The notes: a model not told the origin generated them from the sequence alone. A stretch of 64,000 nt of DNA from Synechococcus sp. (GCA_051439605.1 JBFRWN010000017.1:32001-96000), one strand, 5' to 3'; positions 53,901-63,824 are shown, counted from the first letter of the stretch. Numbers and translations are program-made.

Positions 53901-56900
53901 TTTAGAGATAGATGAAGTAACTGGAGAATTGAGTTGGTTGAGCGAGGCTGAGGATGAACGAACACATGCGATCGCACTAGAGGTGACAGATGGGCGAGGG
54001 GGACGCGACCTGCAACGCTATACCCTCTCGGTGAATAGTGGCACACCCAACCGACCACCCACGATTGTGTCGTTCCCAGCGGTTGAGACCTCAGTGGGAA
54101 CTAACTATCGATACGAAATACTGAGTCGAGATGCAGATGGGGACGAGCTAACCTATCGCCTTGCGGATGGGCCGGATGGTTTGGAGATCGACCCTTCTAC
54201 AGGAGTGCTGAGTTGGACGCCGCTGGCCGAGCAAGTGGGCACGCAGTCAGTACAGGTTCAGGTAGAAGACGGGCGGGGGGGAACTGCCCAACAAACATTT
54301 GAGATTGTGGTTGGGGATGAGATTGGCAATTCTGTTCCGTTTATCTACACCGAACCAATCTCGACGGTGAACGTAGCACAGCAGAGCTACACCTATCGGA
54401 TGGGGGCGGTGGATGCAGATGGGGACGAGCTGACCTATTGGTTGGTTCAGGGACCACAAGGGTTAGAACTCGATCCGGTAAGTGGTGAATTGCGTTGGGA
54501 TAATTTGACGGCTGCTGATGCAGGGTTGTACGAGATTGAAATTCAAGTGTTAGACGGCCGAGGAGGGATTGAGACTCAAGGCTTTACTCTTACTGTCTCC
54601 AATGAAACCCCAGCGAGTATTTTTGGTTCGGTGTTTCACGACCTGGATGGGAATGGGATCGAAGGGGGAGGGGATCCCAATAATTTGGCAAAGCTCGCAA
54701 CTGAGGACCTTGTCTATTATCCCTTTGGAACAACAAAACGAGTTAATAGAAGAACTGTTCCAATTCCTCCCGATGGATTAGCTCCGGGATACTTGTATGT
54801 CACACCAGAGTATTCAGATGCATATACTCTTTATGATTTGGGGCTTGTCCCAGAGATCGCTTCGGCTAACGGAATCGCAATTAGCGAGTTAAATACAGAT
54901 GGTGTTTTGATTGGGAATCATAACTTCTTCAATATTGATATTACCTCGTTTGGTTTAGTTCGTGGGGCCGGAGATCACATTATTGGGCTGAAAGAGAATC
55001 CCGATCCGTATATTCAAGTCGACTATAGAATTAACAGTTTTGGAGATTTTGCATACAATTCTGATGGAATTCTGTTTGTAAATGCTTGGCCAAGAAGCGG
55101 CAAGAAGAATACGATTCTTCAATTTCTTCCAGGGAGTACTAAGCCGGACAAAGAAATAAATCTGACTAGCTTAGGATTCCCATCGTTCGGTCCAGCAAGG
55201 TCCTTATATTTTGTACCAGAAGGTTTCCCTGGAGCAGGAAGATTCAAAGTCATTGATGAAAATGGCAACTCCCATACAGTTATTTTAGAGGCTGATGGAA
55301 ACGGTACTTATGATGCCGTCGAAGTAATACCAGATATAGTTTTCCCTGATGATGAGGGGGATGGATTTACACCTATCCCTCTTGGCTCTCCTCTATTCGA
55401 AATACCTAGTATACTCGCCACTGAAGGTGAAGTTCCTGGATCGGATGTTACTCATCCTGCGTCAGTTTATGAAATAGATACAAATGGCTCTCGGATATAT
55501 TCGACTGGAGAGCAAATCGTCCGATTTAAAATCTTGGATGACTATTCATTCTACAGCCCAAGTTGGGCAGAAACTAATGCAGGCAGAAAAACCACTGGCG
55601 CTACTGTAGACCCCTTGACGGGTGATATTCTTTTTGTTGTAAAATCAGAATTCGCTGACGATCCGTCAAAGACACAAGCTCGGTTATTCTCATTACAAGG
55701 GTTTCAAGCTCCTAATCCAACAGAGCCTGGCTTAGAAGGCTGGACTGTCTATCTCGATGAAAATAAGAATGGACAAAGAGATTTAGAAGAACTCCATACG
55801 ACAACAGATAAGTATGGAAACTATGCCTTTACGGTCGAAGCTGGAGACTATACCGTAGGTTTGGAGTTGCCTTTTGGATGGGTTGTTAACTCAGAAAATC
55901 TACAACAATATGAAGTGAGCTTGGAGTCTGGAGAAGAAATTTCCCGGATTGATTTTGCGGGTATCACACAAACAACTGAGAATTTTTCTCCCAACTTTAT
56001 CAGCACTCCCATAGCAGACGTAAGTACTGACGAACAATTACTCTATCAAGCTATTTCTGAAGATCGTAATGGTGACTCTCTCACCTACAGTGCTGTTGTT
56101 AATCCAAATGGTCTCGCTGTCTCTCCCAATGGATTAGTCTCTTGGCGGCCTACTGTCGATCAAGTGGGAACTCACGACGTTATTTTAAAAGTCGATGATG
56201 GTCGTGGAGGAATCGATCTACAGAGCTTTCAAATAGGAGTTGAACTCGGCAATCAAAGCCCTATTTTTGAGGCAGTTCCACAGGAGCCGATTATTGTTCC
56301 TGTTGGACAAAAATTTAGCTTTGATTTTGACGCCTTCGATCCGGATGGTGATGCAATTACCTATCGATTAAGTGGGACGTCTTATGGTGGCCCGTTGATC
56401 GATCCCAATACGGGAGAACTGACTTGGTACGCTCAATTTAATACATTTCTTCCGGGCGAAACATCACAATATCGCACTTTTAATATTGTGGCTGACGATG
56501 GGAATGGAGGTCAAGGTTTTACACAACTTTCATTACTAGCCGTTGAACCGACGCTAGAAAATCAAGTTCCAGAGATTACCTCAACTGCAAACGGTATTGC
56601 AGCGCTCGATCGCCCTTATTTCTATTCTGTTACTGCGAGAGATCTTGATGGAGATTCCCTCACCTATCACTTGCTGGATTCACCTGAGGGAATGGTTATC
56701 GATCCAAATGGGCTGATTGCTTGGCAACCTGATGCTGAATACTTCGGAGATCGCACCGTAACGGTTGAGGTCAGCGACGATCGCGGTGGGACAGCCCGGC
56801 AAACCTTCAACTTGAATGTCGTCAGCCAGCTCAACAACTCTGCCCCGGCAATTGTGAGCAACCCTGCCTTAGCTGCAACAATCGGACGGCAGTATGCATA

Positions 56901-59900
56901 CGACTTGGAAGCGATCGATCCCGATGGAGATCTGGTGGCTTTGGGTCTCGATTCAGGCCCAATCGGCATGAGATTCGATGCAGAAAACGGCAAATTGCTG
57001 TGGACACCGACAGCCGAGCAACTGGGTCCCCATCAAGTGTCTATCCGAGCGAGCGATCCCAATGGCGCGTCGACCTCGCAAACCTTTGAAATCAACGTAC
57101 GGGGTATCAACGTAGCCCCCATCATTTCCTCCACTCCAAGCACTCAGGCTTCTGTCGGTAATCCCTACCGGTATCAGGTGAAGGCGATTGATATAGAGGG
57201 AGACACTCTCTCCTACCGTCTCACCGATGCTCCAGAGGGAGCCCAAATTGACGAGCTTACCGGACTCGTTGAATGGATTCCCGACTCAGTTGGTGCATCC
57301 GCGATCGCAGTCGAAGTGAGCGATAGGTTTGGAGCCAGCACCGACCACAGTTTCTATGTATTCACAGCTGCAGAAGCGATCAATCGGGCCCCTGCGATTA
57401 CTTCTGCACCTACATTTGACGCGACTCCTGGAGAGACCTATAGCTATCAAGTTACTGCTAGCGATCCCGACCCCGAGGACAGCTTTACCTTCCAACTGTT
57501 GAATGGTTCGGCTGGTATGGAGATCGACTCCACCACCGGTCTACTGACTTGGGCTCCGACTGCTGACGATATCGGGAGAGTGTCCGTCACTGTAGGGGCT
57601 GTGGATGAATCGGGAGCGATCGGATCCCAACGCTTCAACCTGGAGGTGTCCACCAACACGCCGCCGGAAATCCTGTCGGAGCCAAAGACAGCAGCGGCGA
57701 TTGGCGAAGAGTATCAATACGATCTGCGCGCAAGGGATGTTGATGGAGATTCTCTCTCCTACGAACTGGTAAGTGCTCCTGAGGGCATGACTGTTGACAA
57801 TCTAGGCCGCATCCGCTGGACTCCAGATTCTGTTGATGCAGGCTCCGTGACAGTGGAGGTGGCCGTTATAGATTCACGCGATGCGCGAGTGAATCAGCAG
57901 TTCGAGCTGGAGGTGGCGATCGATGAAGTTGCGCCCCAAGTGGAAGTTCTAGCTTCAAATACTCGGGTGGGACTTGGCGAGAGCATCTCTTTGCTGGCGG
58001 ATGCCTTCGACAACGTCGGCGTGTCCTCGCTTTCGCTGACAATTAACGGAGTTGAAGTTCCCCTCGATTGGCAGAGTTTCTACCAATTTGAGCCAGATGA
58101 GGTAGGCGATTTTGTGGCGATCGCCACTGCCACAGATGCTGCTGGCAATACCTCAACAGCAAAAACCCTCTTTACAGTCTTTGACTCCAGCGACGTTGAA
58201 GCTCCTCAACTGGAGCTGCTGACCGAACAACTGGCTGAATTCATTACTGCCCCCACCGAACTCATCGGTACCGTTGCAGATGACAACCTGGACTACTACA
58301 GCCTCTCGGTTGCTCCTATTGGCACAGATGCTTTTACCGAGATCTTCCGCAGCTCTGAACTCGTCACAGACGGAATATTGGGCACGTTCGACCCGACGCT
58401 ACTTCAGAACAATGCCTATACTCTGCGGCTGGAGGCGATCGATCTAACTGGCAATACCAATACCGTCGAACAGACTGTCAACGTTTCTGGAGGATTGAAG
58501 CTTGGGAACTTCCAGGTATCGTTCACCGATCTCGCGATTCCGGTGTCTGGATTTTCGATCGCGGTCACTAGAACTTACGACTCTCTGAACTCCAATGCCA
58601 CTGATGACTTTGGCTACGGCTGGAGGATGGAGTTTAGGGATACCGATCTGCGTACTAGCCTCGGTCGAGATGAAAGTTACGAGCAATTTGGCATCCGAAC
58701 GCAAGCCTTTGATGCCAATACGAGGGTTTTTATCACCTTGCCAGGAGGCGAGAGACAAGCGTTTACATTTGCACCAGAGGTCGATTCGATTTCAGCTTAT
58801 TTCCCGTCATTGGGACAAAGCGATCCAACGCTATACCGACCAAGATTCAAGGCAGATGCAGGTGTGACTGTCACCCTTGAAGTTGAAGATGTTCGACTGG
58901 CACGTACAGCTGATGGATCGTTCGTTGGGCTTAATGGCAGCAGTTACAATCCGGAAGATGCCGCATCGGGCTTTGGCGGGTACTACAAACTTACGACCCG
59001 AGAAGGTTTGGTCTACCGCATCGATGCGGCGACTGGAGACTTGGAGTCAGTCGAGAATCGCTACGGCGATCGCCTGACATTCAGCGATGACAGTATCGTT
59101 AGCTCTGCAGGAAAAACCGTTACCTTCGAACGAGATGCCAAAGGACGCATTTCTGCGTTAGTGGATCCTGAAGGGAACCGCGTTCGCTACGAATACGATG
59201 CTGCGGGGGACCTGATTGCCGTCACCGATCGCGAAAATAACACCACCCAATTTGGATACAGCGACAACCGTTCCCACTTCTTAGACACCATTACCGATCC
59301 GTTGGGACGACAGGGCATTCGCTCAGATTACGACGAGAGCGGACGCCTCTCGAGGATCTTCGATGCCACTGGAGAAGCAATTTCCCTCACCTACGATCCT
59401 GAGAATTCCATCGAAGTACTGACGGATGTATATGGCGCATCCACGCTGAACGAGTACAACGATCGCGGCAACATCATTCGACGCATCGATGCTCTTGGCA
59501 ATCAGCAGTTTTACGAATACGACAACAACAACAATCGAGTTCGCGAAACTTTCGTGACAGATGAGACCGGACCGCAGGGAAGTACCACAACTGCTACCCA
59601 TCGTCCCGATCGCAAGCCCCTAACCGTAACCGATGTAACTGGTGCAACGCAGAAGTTCTTCTACGATGCCAACGGTAACGTAACGACTGTTCTCAGTCCT
59701 CTGGGCGAACAAATTCGCTATACCCACGATGAACTGGGCAATATTCTGTCTACAACCGATGCCGCAGGCCGAGTTCTACAAACGACCTACGATCGCTACG
59801 GACGACCGATTACCTTCACTGACTCTGACGGCAATACAAGCACTCTAGAATACGATTCCTTCGGTAACATTACCCGCACCACCGACTTTTTCAGCAACCC

Positions 59901-62900
59901 AACCACCTACACCTACGACATTCGCGGACAACGGCTGACAGAAACCCACACCGTAACGAACGCTAGCGGCGTAGCTGAAGAGCTGACGACCCGGTGGACT
60001 TACGACAGCGAGGGTCGCGTCACTGCCACGGAAGATCCCGCTGGGAATATCACCAGCTTTGAATATGACGCTGTCGGCAACATGACAGCAATTACCGATG
60101 CCAAATTGCAGCGGACGGAGTTGGTCTACAACGATCGCGATCGGCTGGTGGAGACAATTTACGCTGACGCAACGCCAGAAGATTTTACGGACAATCCTCG
60201 CAGCATCTCTCTCTACGACCGCGGCGGTCGCCTGCGTGGCGAGATCGATGCCAATGGTGAGGTGGTTCATTACGCATACGATGTCTTGGGCCGGGTAACC
60301 GAGGTAATTTATCCCGGGGAGACGGAGTCGCTGGAGCAATTGCTGGCAGCGATCGTCCCTGGGGAAACTCTGGAGTCTGTGGATTGGACGAAGGTCGTTT
60401 ATCCGGACGAAACACCCGAGTACCTGAAGGATAATCCTCGAACATCCAAGGAGTACTTTAGCGATGGCAAGGTCAAGGCCCAGACCGATCGCATGGGGAA
60501 TCGGACGCAATATACCTATAACGCGAGCGAGCGGTTGGTCGAGACTATCTTTGCGGACGACACTCCAGACGATCTGGCTGACAATTTGCGCAGCATTACC
60601 CTTTACGATCACCGCGGTCGGATACGCGCTCAAATCGATGCAGGTGGTCACATCGTTCACTACTCGTACGATGCGGCCGGTCGCATCATTGAGGAGATTT
60701 ATCCAAAAGAGTCCGACAGTCTGGAGCAGTTTCTGGCAGCGATCGCCCCTGGTGAAACCCTTGAATCGGTTGATTGGGCGGAGGTTGTCTATCCAGATGA
60801 AGCCCCCGAGTACTTGAAGGATAATCCCCGAGTCGCGATGGAATATTTCAGCAACGACCGGGTCAAGTCCCGGACCGATGCCCTGGGTAACAGGACGGAA
60901 TACCGCTACGACAAGTTAGGTCGACTTACGGAGACTATCCTGGCAGACGATACCCCCGACACCCTGGCAGACAATGCTCGAGTTCGGGTTGAATACAACG
61001 AGATCGCTCAGGTGGTTAAACAGATCGATCCGCTGGGCCAAGAGACTCAATTTACCTACAACAAAGCGGGAGATCTCGTTCGGACCACCTATAACGACGG
61101 GACCTCGGGAACCAATACATTCAACGAACTCGGTCAGCAAACCTCTACCACCGACCAAGAAGGTAAGACCACCCAATATGATTACGATCCCTTGGGCCGT
61201 CTTAAGGGGATTGTCGATGCTTTGGATGGCCGCACCGACTACACCTACGATCCGCTGGGATTGCTTGTCGGGAGCACCGATGCCAATCAGATTTCCACTC
61301 GCTACGAGTACGACAGCCTCGGACGACGCACTGGAATTGAGTTACCCGAAGGCGAGCGGGCCAGTTACGGTTACGACGCCAACGGCAACCTGACCTCGTA
61401 TACCGACTTTAACGGCGACACCACCACCTACGAGTACGATGCCCTCAATCGCTTAGTCACCGCCGACTACACCACCAATGCTGACGTCTACTACACCTAC
61501 ACCCCCACCGGCAAAATCGAGACCCTGACCGACGGTCGGGGGATCACTCGGTACGAGTACGATTACCGCGATCGCCTGATTTCCCGCACCGATCCCGACG
61601 GCCCCTACATACGTCCCGGCGGTCCCACCATCGAGTACACCTACGACAATGCCAGCAACCGCACATCCGTCATCACTCCCCACAGCACGACGACGTATAC
61701 GTTTGACGCCCAGAATCGTTTAGAAACCATCACCGATCCTGATGACGGTGTCACCACCTACCACTACGATCTCGCTGGACGCCTTATTCAAACCGAACTG
61801 CCCAACAGTACCGAAGAACGAAGGAGTTACGACAGTCTCAATCGCCTCACCAGCATCACCACCGTTCGATTTGATCCCACCACTGGCCAAGAGACGGTAA
61901 TTGCGGGCTATGAGTACACCCTCGACAAAGTTGGCCATCGTCTACAAATTACCGATCACGACGGACGTATCACCCGTTACGTTTACGATGATCTCTATCG
62001 CCTCGTTCAAGAGCGTATTACCGACCCGAACGACCCGATTCATGACGGACGCACCATCAGCTACACCTATGACAGAATGGGGAATCGACTCACCCGCCAA
62101 GATTCACTGGAGGGGGTGACCACTTACACCTACAACGACAACTATCAGCTACTAGCAGAAGTAAGCTCGGTTGATGGAGAAATAAACAACACCATCACTT
62201 ATAGCTATGACAGCAATGGCAATTTGCTCAGTCGGGCTGGCAGCGATGGCAGTAGCACTCTGTTTGAGTGGAATGATGCCAATCGTCTGTCTCGGGTTGT
62301 ATTACCCAATGGCGACGAGATTTTCTACGTCTATGACAGCGCAGGCATTCAGGTAAGCAGCAGTATCAATGGCGAGACGACCACGTATGTGGTGGATAAG
62401 AATCGGCCATATGCGCAGGTGCTTGAGTCCCTGAATAGCGATGGTCTCATAGAGTTCTCTGTCTACGGTTTGGATTTGATTGCCAAACTGCAGGGGGATG
62501 AGACCTCGGTTTTCCATACGGATGGGTTAGGTAGTACTCGTGTGGTAACAGATGGCGAGGGGAACGTTCAGCAGAGCTTCGATTACTTAGCGTTCGGTGA
62601 ATTGTTGGGGGCTAAGGCTGCAGAGCAGGTGGACAACTTGTTTGCAGGCGAGCAGTTTGAGCAGGAGTTAGGACTCTATTACTTGCGCCAGCGGTATTAT
62701 GACCCCAACACTGGAAGATTTATCAGTCGCGATGCGTTTGAAGGGTTTATCACCGATCCTCTATCTCAAAACCGCTACCTCTACGCTCACGCCAATCCAG
62801 TCACCTATACCGATCCCAGCGGCTACTTCAGCATTGGTAACGTCAGTGCTTCGAAGGCTATCAAGTCTACTCTGAGCGGCCTTGCCAGCCGAAAATTTTT

Positions 62901-63822
62901 AGTCGGTGCTGCTTTGGGAGGGGGGTCGCAGCTCGCCTCAGATTATGCCAGAGGGGAACGGTCTTCGATAGGGAGCGTCCTGTTTTCTGCGGCAGCGGGT
63001 GGTTTGGGCTTCGTCTTTGGCCCAACACTTGTAAATGCCATGTTGCAAAATGCCCTGGGAACGTGGCTGCTTTCGGGGCTCTTGGCAAAAGGGCTGGCGG
63101 ACTCTTACGAAACAATTCGTTCTGCATTTTCGAGTGGCGATCCCTCCCGAAAATTAGCGGGTTTACTATCAGTTGGCTTGGATCTGGGATTGTTTGATGG
63201 GATCGCTAATCCGCGGGCATTGCTGCGTGGTGCTCTTGATGGAGGGGCAATCGGGTTCAGGAAACAATTCAGCAAGCTATCCGACAACATTCGTGGGCTT
63301 GCCGATAATTTTGGTGGGTTTGCTGATAACTTACGCAGCAAAAATAATGGTTTAAGTGGAGCTGATGACGCCCTAGATCCTGGCAGCTTAGACACGATTG
63401 GTGGAAAGGCTAATAGCGCATCTCCGTTCAGCACGGTTGAAGAATTAGCAGAACTAGGTGTTCAAGCAAATCGGGTTCGTCCCGGAACAAATGGGAAAGT
63501 AGCGCTCATAGGTCGTGGCATGAGTCAAATAGGTGAAAAAGCAGATATTTTAAGGGACAAAGGCTTTGACGTCGAGATTTTTGACAATACTCAGATTCCA
63601 AATACTGTTCTTCAAGGATTCAACGATGCTATGAAGCTTGGGGCAAATGCAGGTGATCTTAAGAAAATTGAACTGTTCGAGCTAAATCGAGAGTGGGCCC
63701 AGAAATTAAAAGACCAAGGTTATACTGTTATTGATACTGGCGATCCACTTGGACGATTCAATGAAAGTGGTTTTAGCATTTTCTATACACTTGAAAAATC
63801 AATTTTATTCCCAGGAGATTAG
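50902..63822 (+). CDS. Giant (4,306 aa) Ig-repeat / Rhs (YD-repeat) polymorphic toxin
   Basis: Ten putative-Ig/cadherin-like repeats (DxDGDxLTYxLxxxPxGxxID), bacterial Ig-like domains, SdrD-B-like domain, long YD-repeat region, Rhs core (HTDGLGSTR, FAGEQFE, LYYLRQRYYDPNTGRFISRD, NPVTYTDPSG), ~330-aa C-terminal tail; start may be ATG 50923. Confidence 0.93.
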   Translation: MQLPTKIMSISKFSLTSDQNPILPWLIEDELQIGGSLKQATLDGNLFPHSGSRFSVCNTALISKEEDLHELEIVPLEADDLKNLFRSKGSHPLLSACSRVSPLSAKRSAKPDSPTRPKSSRSKHRKFSTVPSDILSNRHIDYGDLALREQSVPSLEGKESDDIQLFSVISEKKIYFNHGGDFDGDSNDLSDDTFFYANKGFIINSRPDLPVKRDEYNNPVLDNLGLPILRDRTLAVSANYRYIKAPKNLYSNLDTPQEVEAQTVNVPSWHQLRDSRISNFPAEIASVKSLSRINSRTDWSKTVPNGPSTFEMTYLRVRKGGLRIPNGTELRNTVIIVDSGTINVHSNTIFENVVLVANKGNVNLKEIEAKDLEVYASGSLNVNSRAVFEGKNVLASGKNTYFNGRTETVDADDFLQVVAQGNLTFNASADIRAELLTASTFKFNQSSTLYGSIGAKKNIHFNGYVRVFAGSHGASESPPEPDTAAPQLEVGLANDTGASDGLTSDPIVSGVVIDDRELQSLTAQFIGTTNSTAGDILSQRMADGSFQLNRTSLESLFGGELKDTSYQLEVEAIDASGNASRATLAFTLDTSLQQPSFDLARESDSEPFGDRQTSTELVTLVGQTEAGATVTLQETGASVVADETGLFEFPNVALVEGINELTTISVDTAGNQSSFIGLIERLPVKPPLVLQEEDAFTVISEKIILVPDTSSLLTFSLENVEFDKTDLAGINDAFEVALLDSSGQSLVHTIGEGHSAFFNMTEGEETILATGVTIDGQTVMLDLAGVAAGTEARLVFRLINNDRDTESSAAIQGVELIEAPGDLAPTNAPATTLSTNATPVDFSALEEVSATVRTDYQQTSWDVPNNRLIVEFTATNVGGFSLGGQLIAAVSNISALDVELVKFDGFTPEGLPYLNITQLIDDGVWSTDEATAKSQLIFSNPNQVQFDFDLKFFSQLNWSPEFVSAPELEVLAGIQYVYDASATDLDGDELTYRLLSGPEGLEIDEVTGELSWLSEAEDERTHAIALEVTDGRGGRDLQRYTLSVNSGTPNRPPTIVSFPAVETSVGTNYRYEILSRDADGDELTYRLADGPDGLEIDPSTGVLSWTPLAEQVGTQSVQVQVEDGRGGTAQQTFEIVVGDEIGNSVPFIYTEPISTVNVAQQSYTYRMGAVDADGDELTYWLVQGPQGLELDPVSGELRWDNLTAADAGLYEIEIQVLDGRGGIETQGFTLTVSNETPASIFGSVFHDLDGNGIEGGGDPNNLAKLATEDLVYYPFGTTKRVNRRTVPIPPDGLAPGYLYVTPEYSDAYTLYDLGLVPEIASANGIAISELNTDGVLIGNHNFFNIDITSFGLVRGAGDHIIGLKENPDPYIQVDYRINSFGDFAYNSDGILFVNAWPRSGKKNTILQFLPGSTKPDKEINLTSLGFPSFGPARSLYFVPEGFPGAGRFKVIDENGNSHTVILEADGNGTYDAVEVIPDIVFPDDEGDGFTPIPLGSPLFEIPSILATEGEVPGSDVTHPASVYEIDTNGSRIYSTGEQIVRFKILDDYSFYSPSWAETNAGRKTTGATVDPLTGDILFVVKSEFADDPSKTQARLFSLQGFQAPNPTEPGLEGWTVYLDENKNGQRDLEELHTTTDKYGNYAFTVEAGDYTVGLELPFGWVVNSENLQQYEVSLESGEEISRIDFAGITQTTENFSPNFISTPIADVSTDEQLLYQAISEDRNGDSLTYSAVVNPNGLAVSPNGLVSWRPTVDQVGTHDVILKVDDGRGGIDLQSFQIGVELGNQSPIFEAVPQEPIIVPVGQKFSFDFDAFDPDGDAITYRLSGTSYGGPLIDPNTGELTWYAQFNTFLPGETSQYRTFNIVADDGNGGQGFTQLSLLAVEPTLENQVPEITSTANGIAALDRPYFYSVTARDLDGDSLTYHLLDSPEGMVIDPNGLIAWQPDAEYFGDRTVTVEVSDDRGGTARQTFNLNVVSQLNNSAPAIVSNPALAATIGRQYAYDLEAIDPDGDLVALGLDSGPIGMRFDAENGKLLWTPTAEQLGPHQVSIRASDPNGASTSQTFEINVRGINVAPIISSTPSTQASVGNPYRYQVKAIDIEGDTLSYRLTDAPEGAQIDELTGLVEWIPDSVGASAIAVEVSDRFGASTDHSFYVFTAAEAINRAPAITSAPTFDATPGETYSYQVTASDPDPEDSFTFQLLNGSAGMEIDSTTGLLTWAPTADDIGRVSVTVGAVDESGAIGSQRFNLEVSTNTPPEILSEPKTAAAIGEEYQYDLRARDVDGDSLSYELVSAPEGMTVDNLGRIRWTPDSVDAGSVTVEVAVIDSRDARVNQQFELEVAIDEVAPQVEVLASNTRVGLGESISLLADAFDNVGVSSLSLTINGVEVPLDWQSFYQFEPDEVGDFVAIATATDAAGNTSTAKTLFTVFDSSDVEAPQLELLTEQLAEFITAPTELIGTVADDNLDYYSLSVAPIGTDAFTEIFRSSELVTDGILGTFDPTLLQNNAYTLRLEAIDLTGNTNTVEQTVNVSGGLKLGNFQVSFTDLAIPVSGFSIAVTRTYDSLNSNATDDFGYGWRMEFRDTDLRTSLGRDESYEQFGIRTQAFDANTRVFITLPGGERQAFTFAPEVDSISAYFPSLGQSDPTLYRPRFKADAGVTVTLEVEDVRLARTADGSFVGLNGSSYNPEDAASGFGGYYKLTTREGLVYRIDAATGDLESVENRYGDRLTFSDDSIVSSAGKTVTFERDAKGRISALVDPEGNRVRYEYDAAGDLIAVTDRENNTTQFGYSDNRSHFLDTITDPLGRQGIRSDYDESGRLSRIFDATGEAISLTYDPENSIEVLTDVYGASTLNEYNDRGNIIRRIDALGNQQFYEYDNNNNRVRETFVTDETGPQGSTTTATHRPDRKPLTVTDVTGATQKFFYDANGNVTTVLSPLGEQIRYTHDELGNILSTTDAAGRVLQTTYDRYGRPITFTDSDGNTSTLEYDSFGNITRTTDFFSNPTTYTYDIRGQRLTETHTVTNASGVAEELTTRWTYDSEGRVTATEDPAGNITSFEYDAVGNMTAITDAKLQRTELVYNDRDRLVETIYADATPEDFTDNPRSISLYDRGGRLRGEIDANGEVVHYAYDVLGRVTEVIYPGETESLEQLLAAIVPGETLESVDWTKVVYPDETPEYLKDNPRTSKEYFSDGKVKAQTDRMGNRTQYTYNASERLVETIFADDTPDDLADNLRSITLYDHRGRIRAQIDAGGHIVHYSYDAAGRIIEEIYPKESDSLEQFLAAIAPGETLESVDWAEVVYPDEAPEYLKDNPRVAMEYFSNDRVKSRTDALGNRTEYRYDKLGRLTETILADDTPDTLADNARVRVEYNEIAQVVKQIDPLGQETQFTYNKAGDLVRTTYNDGTSGTNTFNELGQQTSTTDQEGKTTQYDYDPLGRLKGIVDALDGRTDYTYDPLGLLVGSTDANQISTRYEYDSLGRRTGIELPEGERASYGYDANGNLTSYTDFNGDTTTYEYDALNRLVTADYTTNADVYYTYTPTGKIETLTDGRGITRYEYDYRDRLISRTDPDGPYIRPGGPTIEYTYDNASNRTSVITPHSTTTYTFDAQNRLETITDPDDGVTTYHYDLAGRLIQTELPNSTEERRSYDSLNRLTSITTVRFDPTTGQETVIAGYEYTLDKVGHRLQITDHDGRITRYVYDDLYRLVQERITDPNDPIHDGRTISYTYDRMGNRLTRQDSLEGVTTYTYNDNYQLLAEVSSVDGEINNTITYSYDSNGNLLSRAGSDGSSTLFEWNDANRLSRVVLPNGDEIFYVYDSAGIQVSSSINGETTTYVVDKNRPYAQVLESLNSDGLIEFSVYGLDLIAKLQGDETSVFHTDGLGSTRVVTDGEGNVQQSFDYLAFGELLGAKAAEQVDNLFAGEQFEQELGLYYLRQRYYDPNTGRFISRDAFEGFITDPLSQNRYLYAHANPVTYTDPSGYFSIGNVSASKAIKSTLSGLASRKFLVGAALGGGSQLASDYARGERSSIGSVLFSAAAGGLGFVFGPTLVNAMLQNALGTWLLSGLLAKGLADSYETIRSAFSSGDPSRKLAGLLSVGLDLGLFDGIANPRALLRGALDGGAIGFRKQFSKLSDNIRGLADNFGGFADNLRSKNNGLSGADDALDPGSLDTIGGKANSASPFSTVEELAELGVQANRVRPGTNGKVALIGRGMSQIGEKADILRDKGFDVEIFDNTQIPNTVLQGFNDAMKLGANAGDLKKIELFELNREWAQKLKDQGYTVIDTGDPLGRFNESGFSIFYTLEKSILFPGD

Positions 63823-63824
63823 AT

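Noticed and set aside
54676..55722. Intein or intron as the explanation of the nested insert
   Set aside because: No C/S start with HN-C/S/T end, no Hint or LAGLIDADG motifs, and the frame is continuous
59845..60660. 271-aa ORF on the minus strand, and other antisense ORFs inside the Rhs gene
   Set aside because: Antisense shadow of the codon-biased YD-repeat frame; no protein motifs
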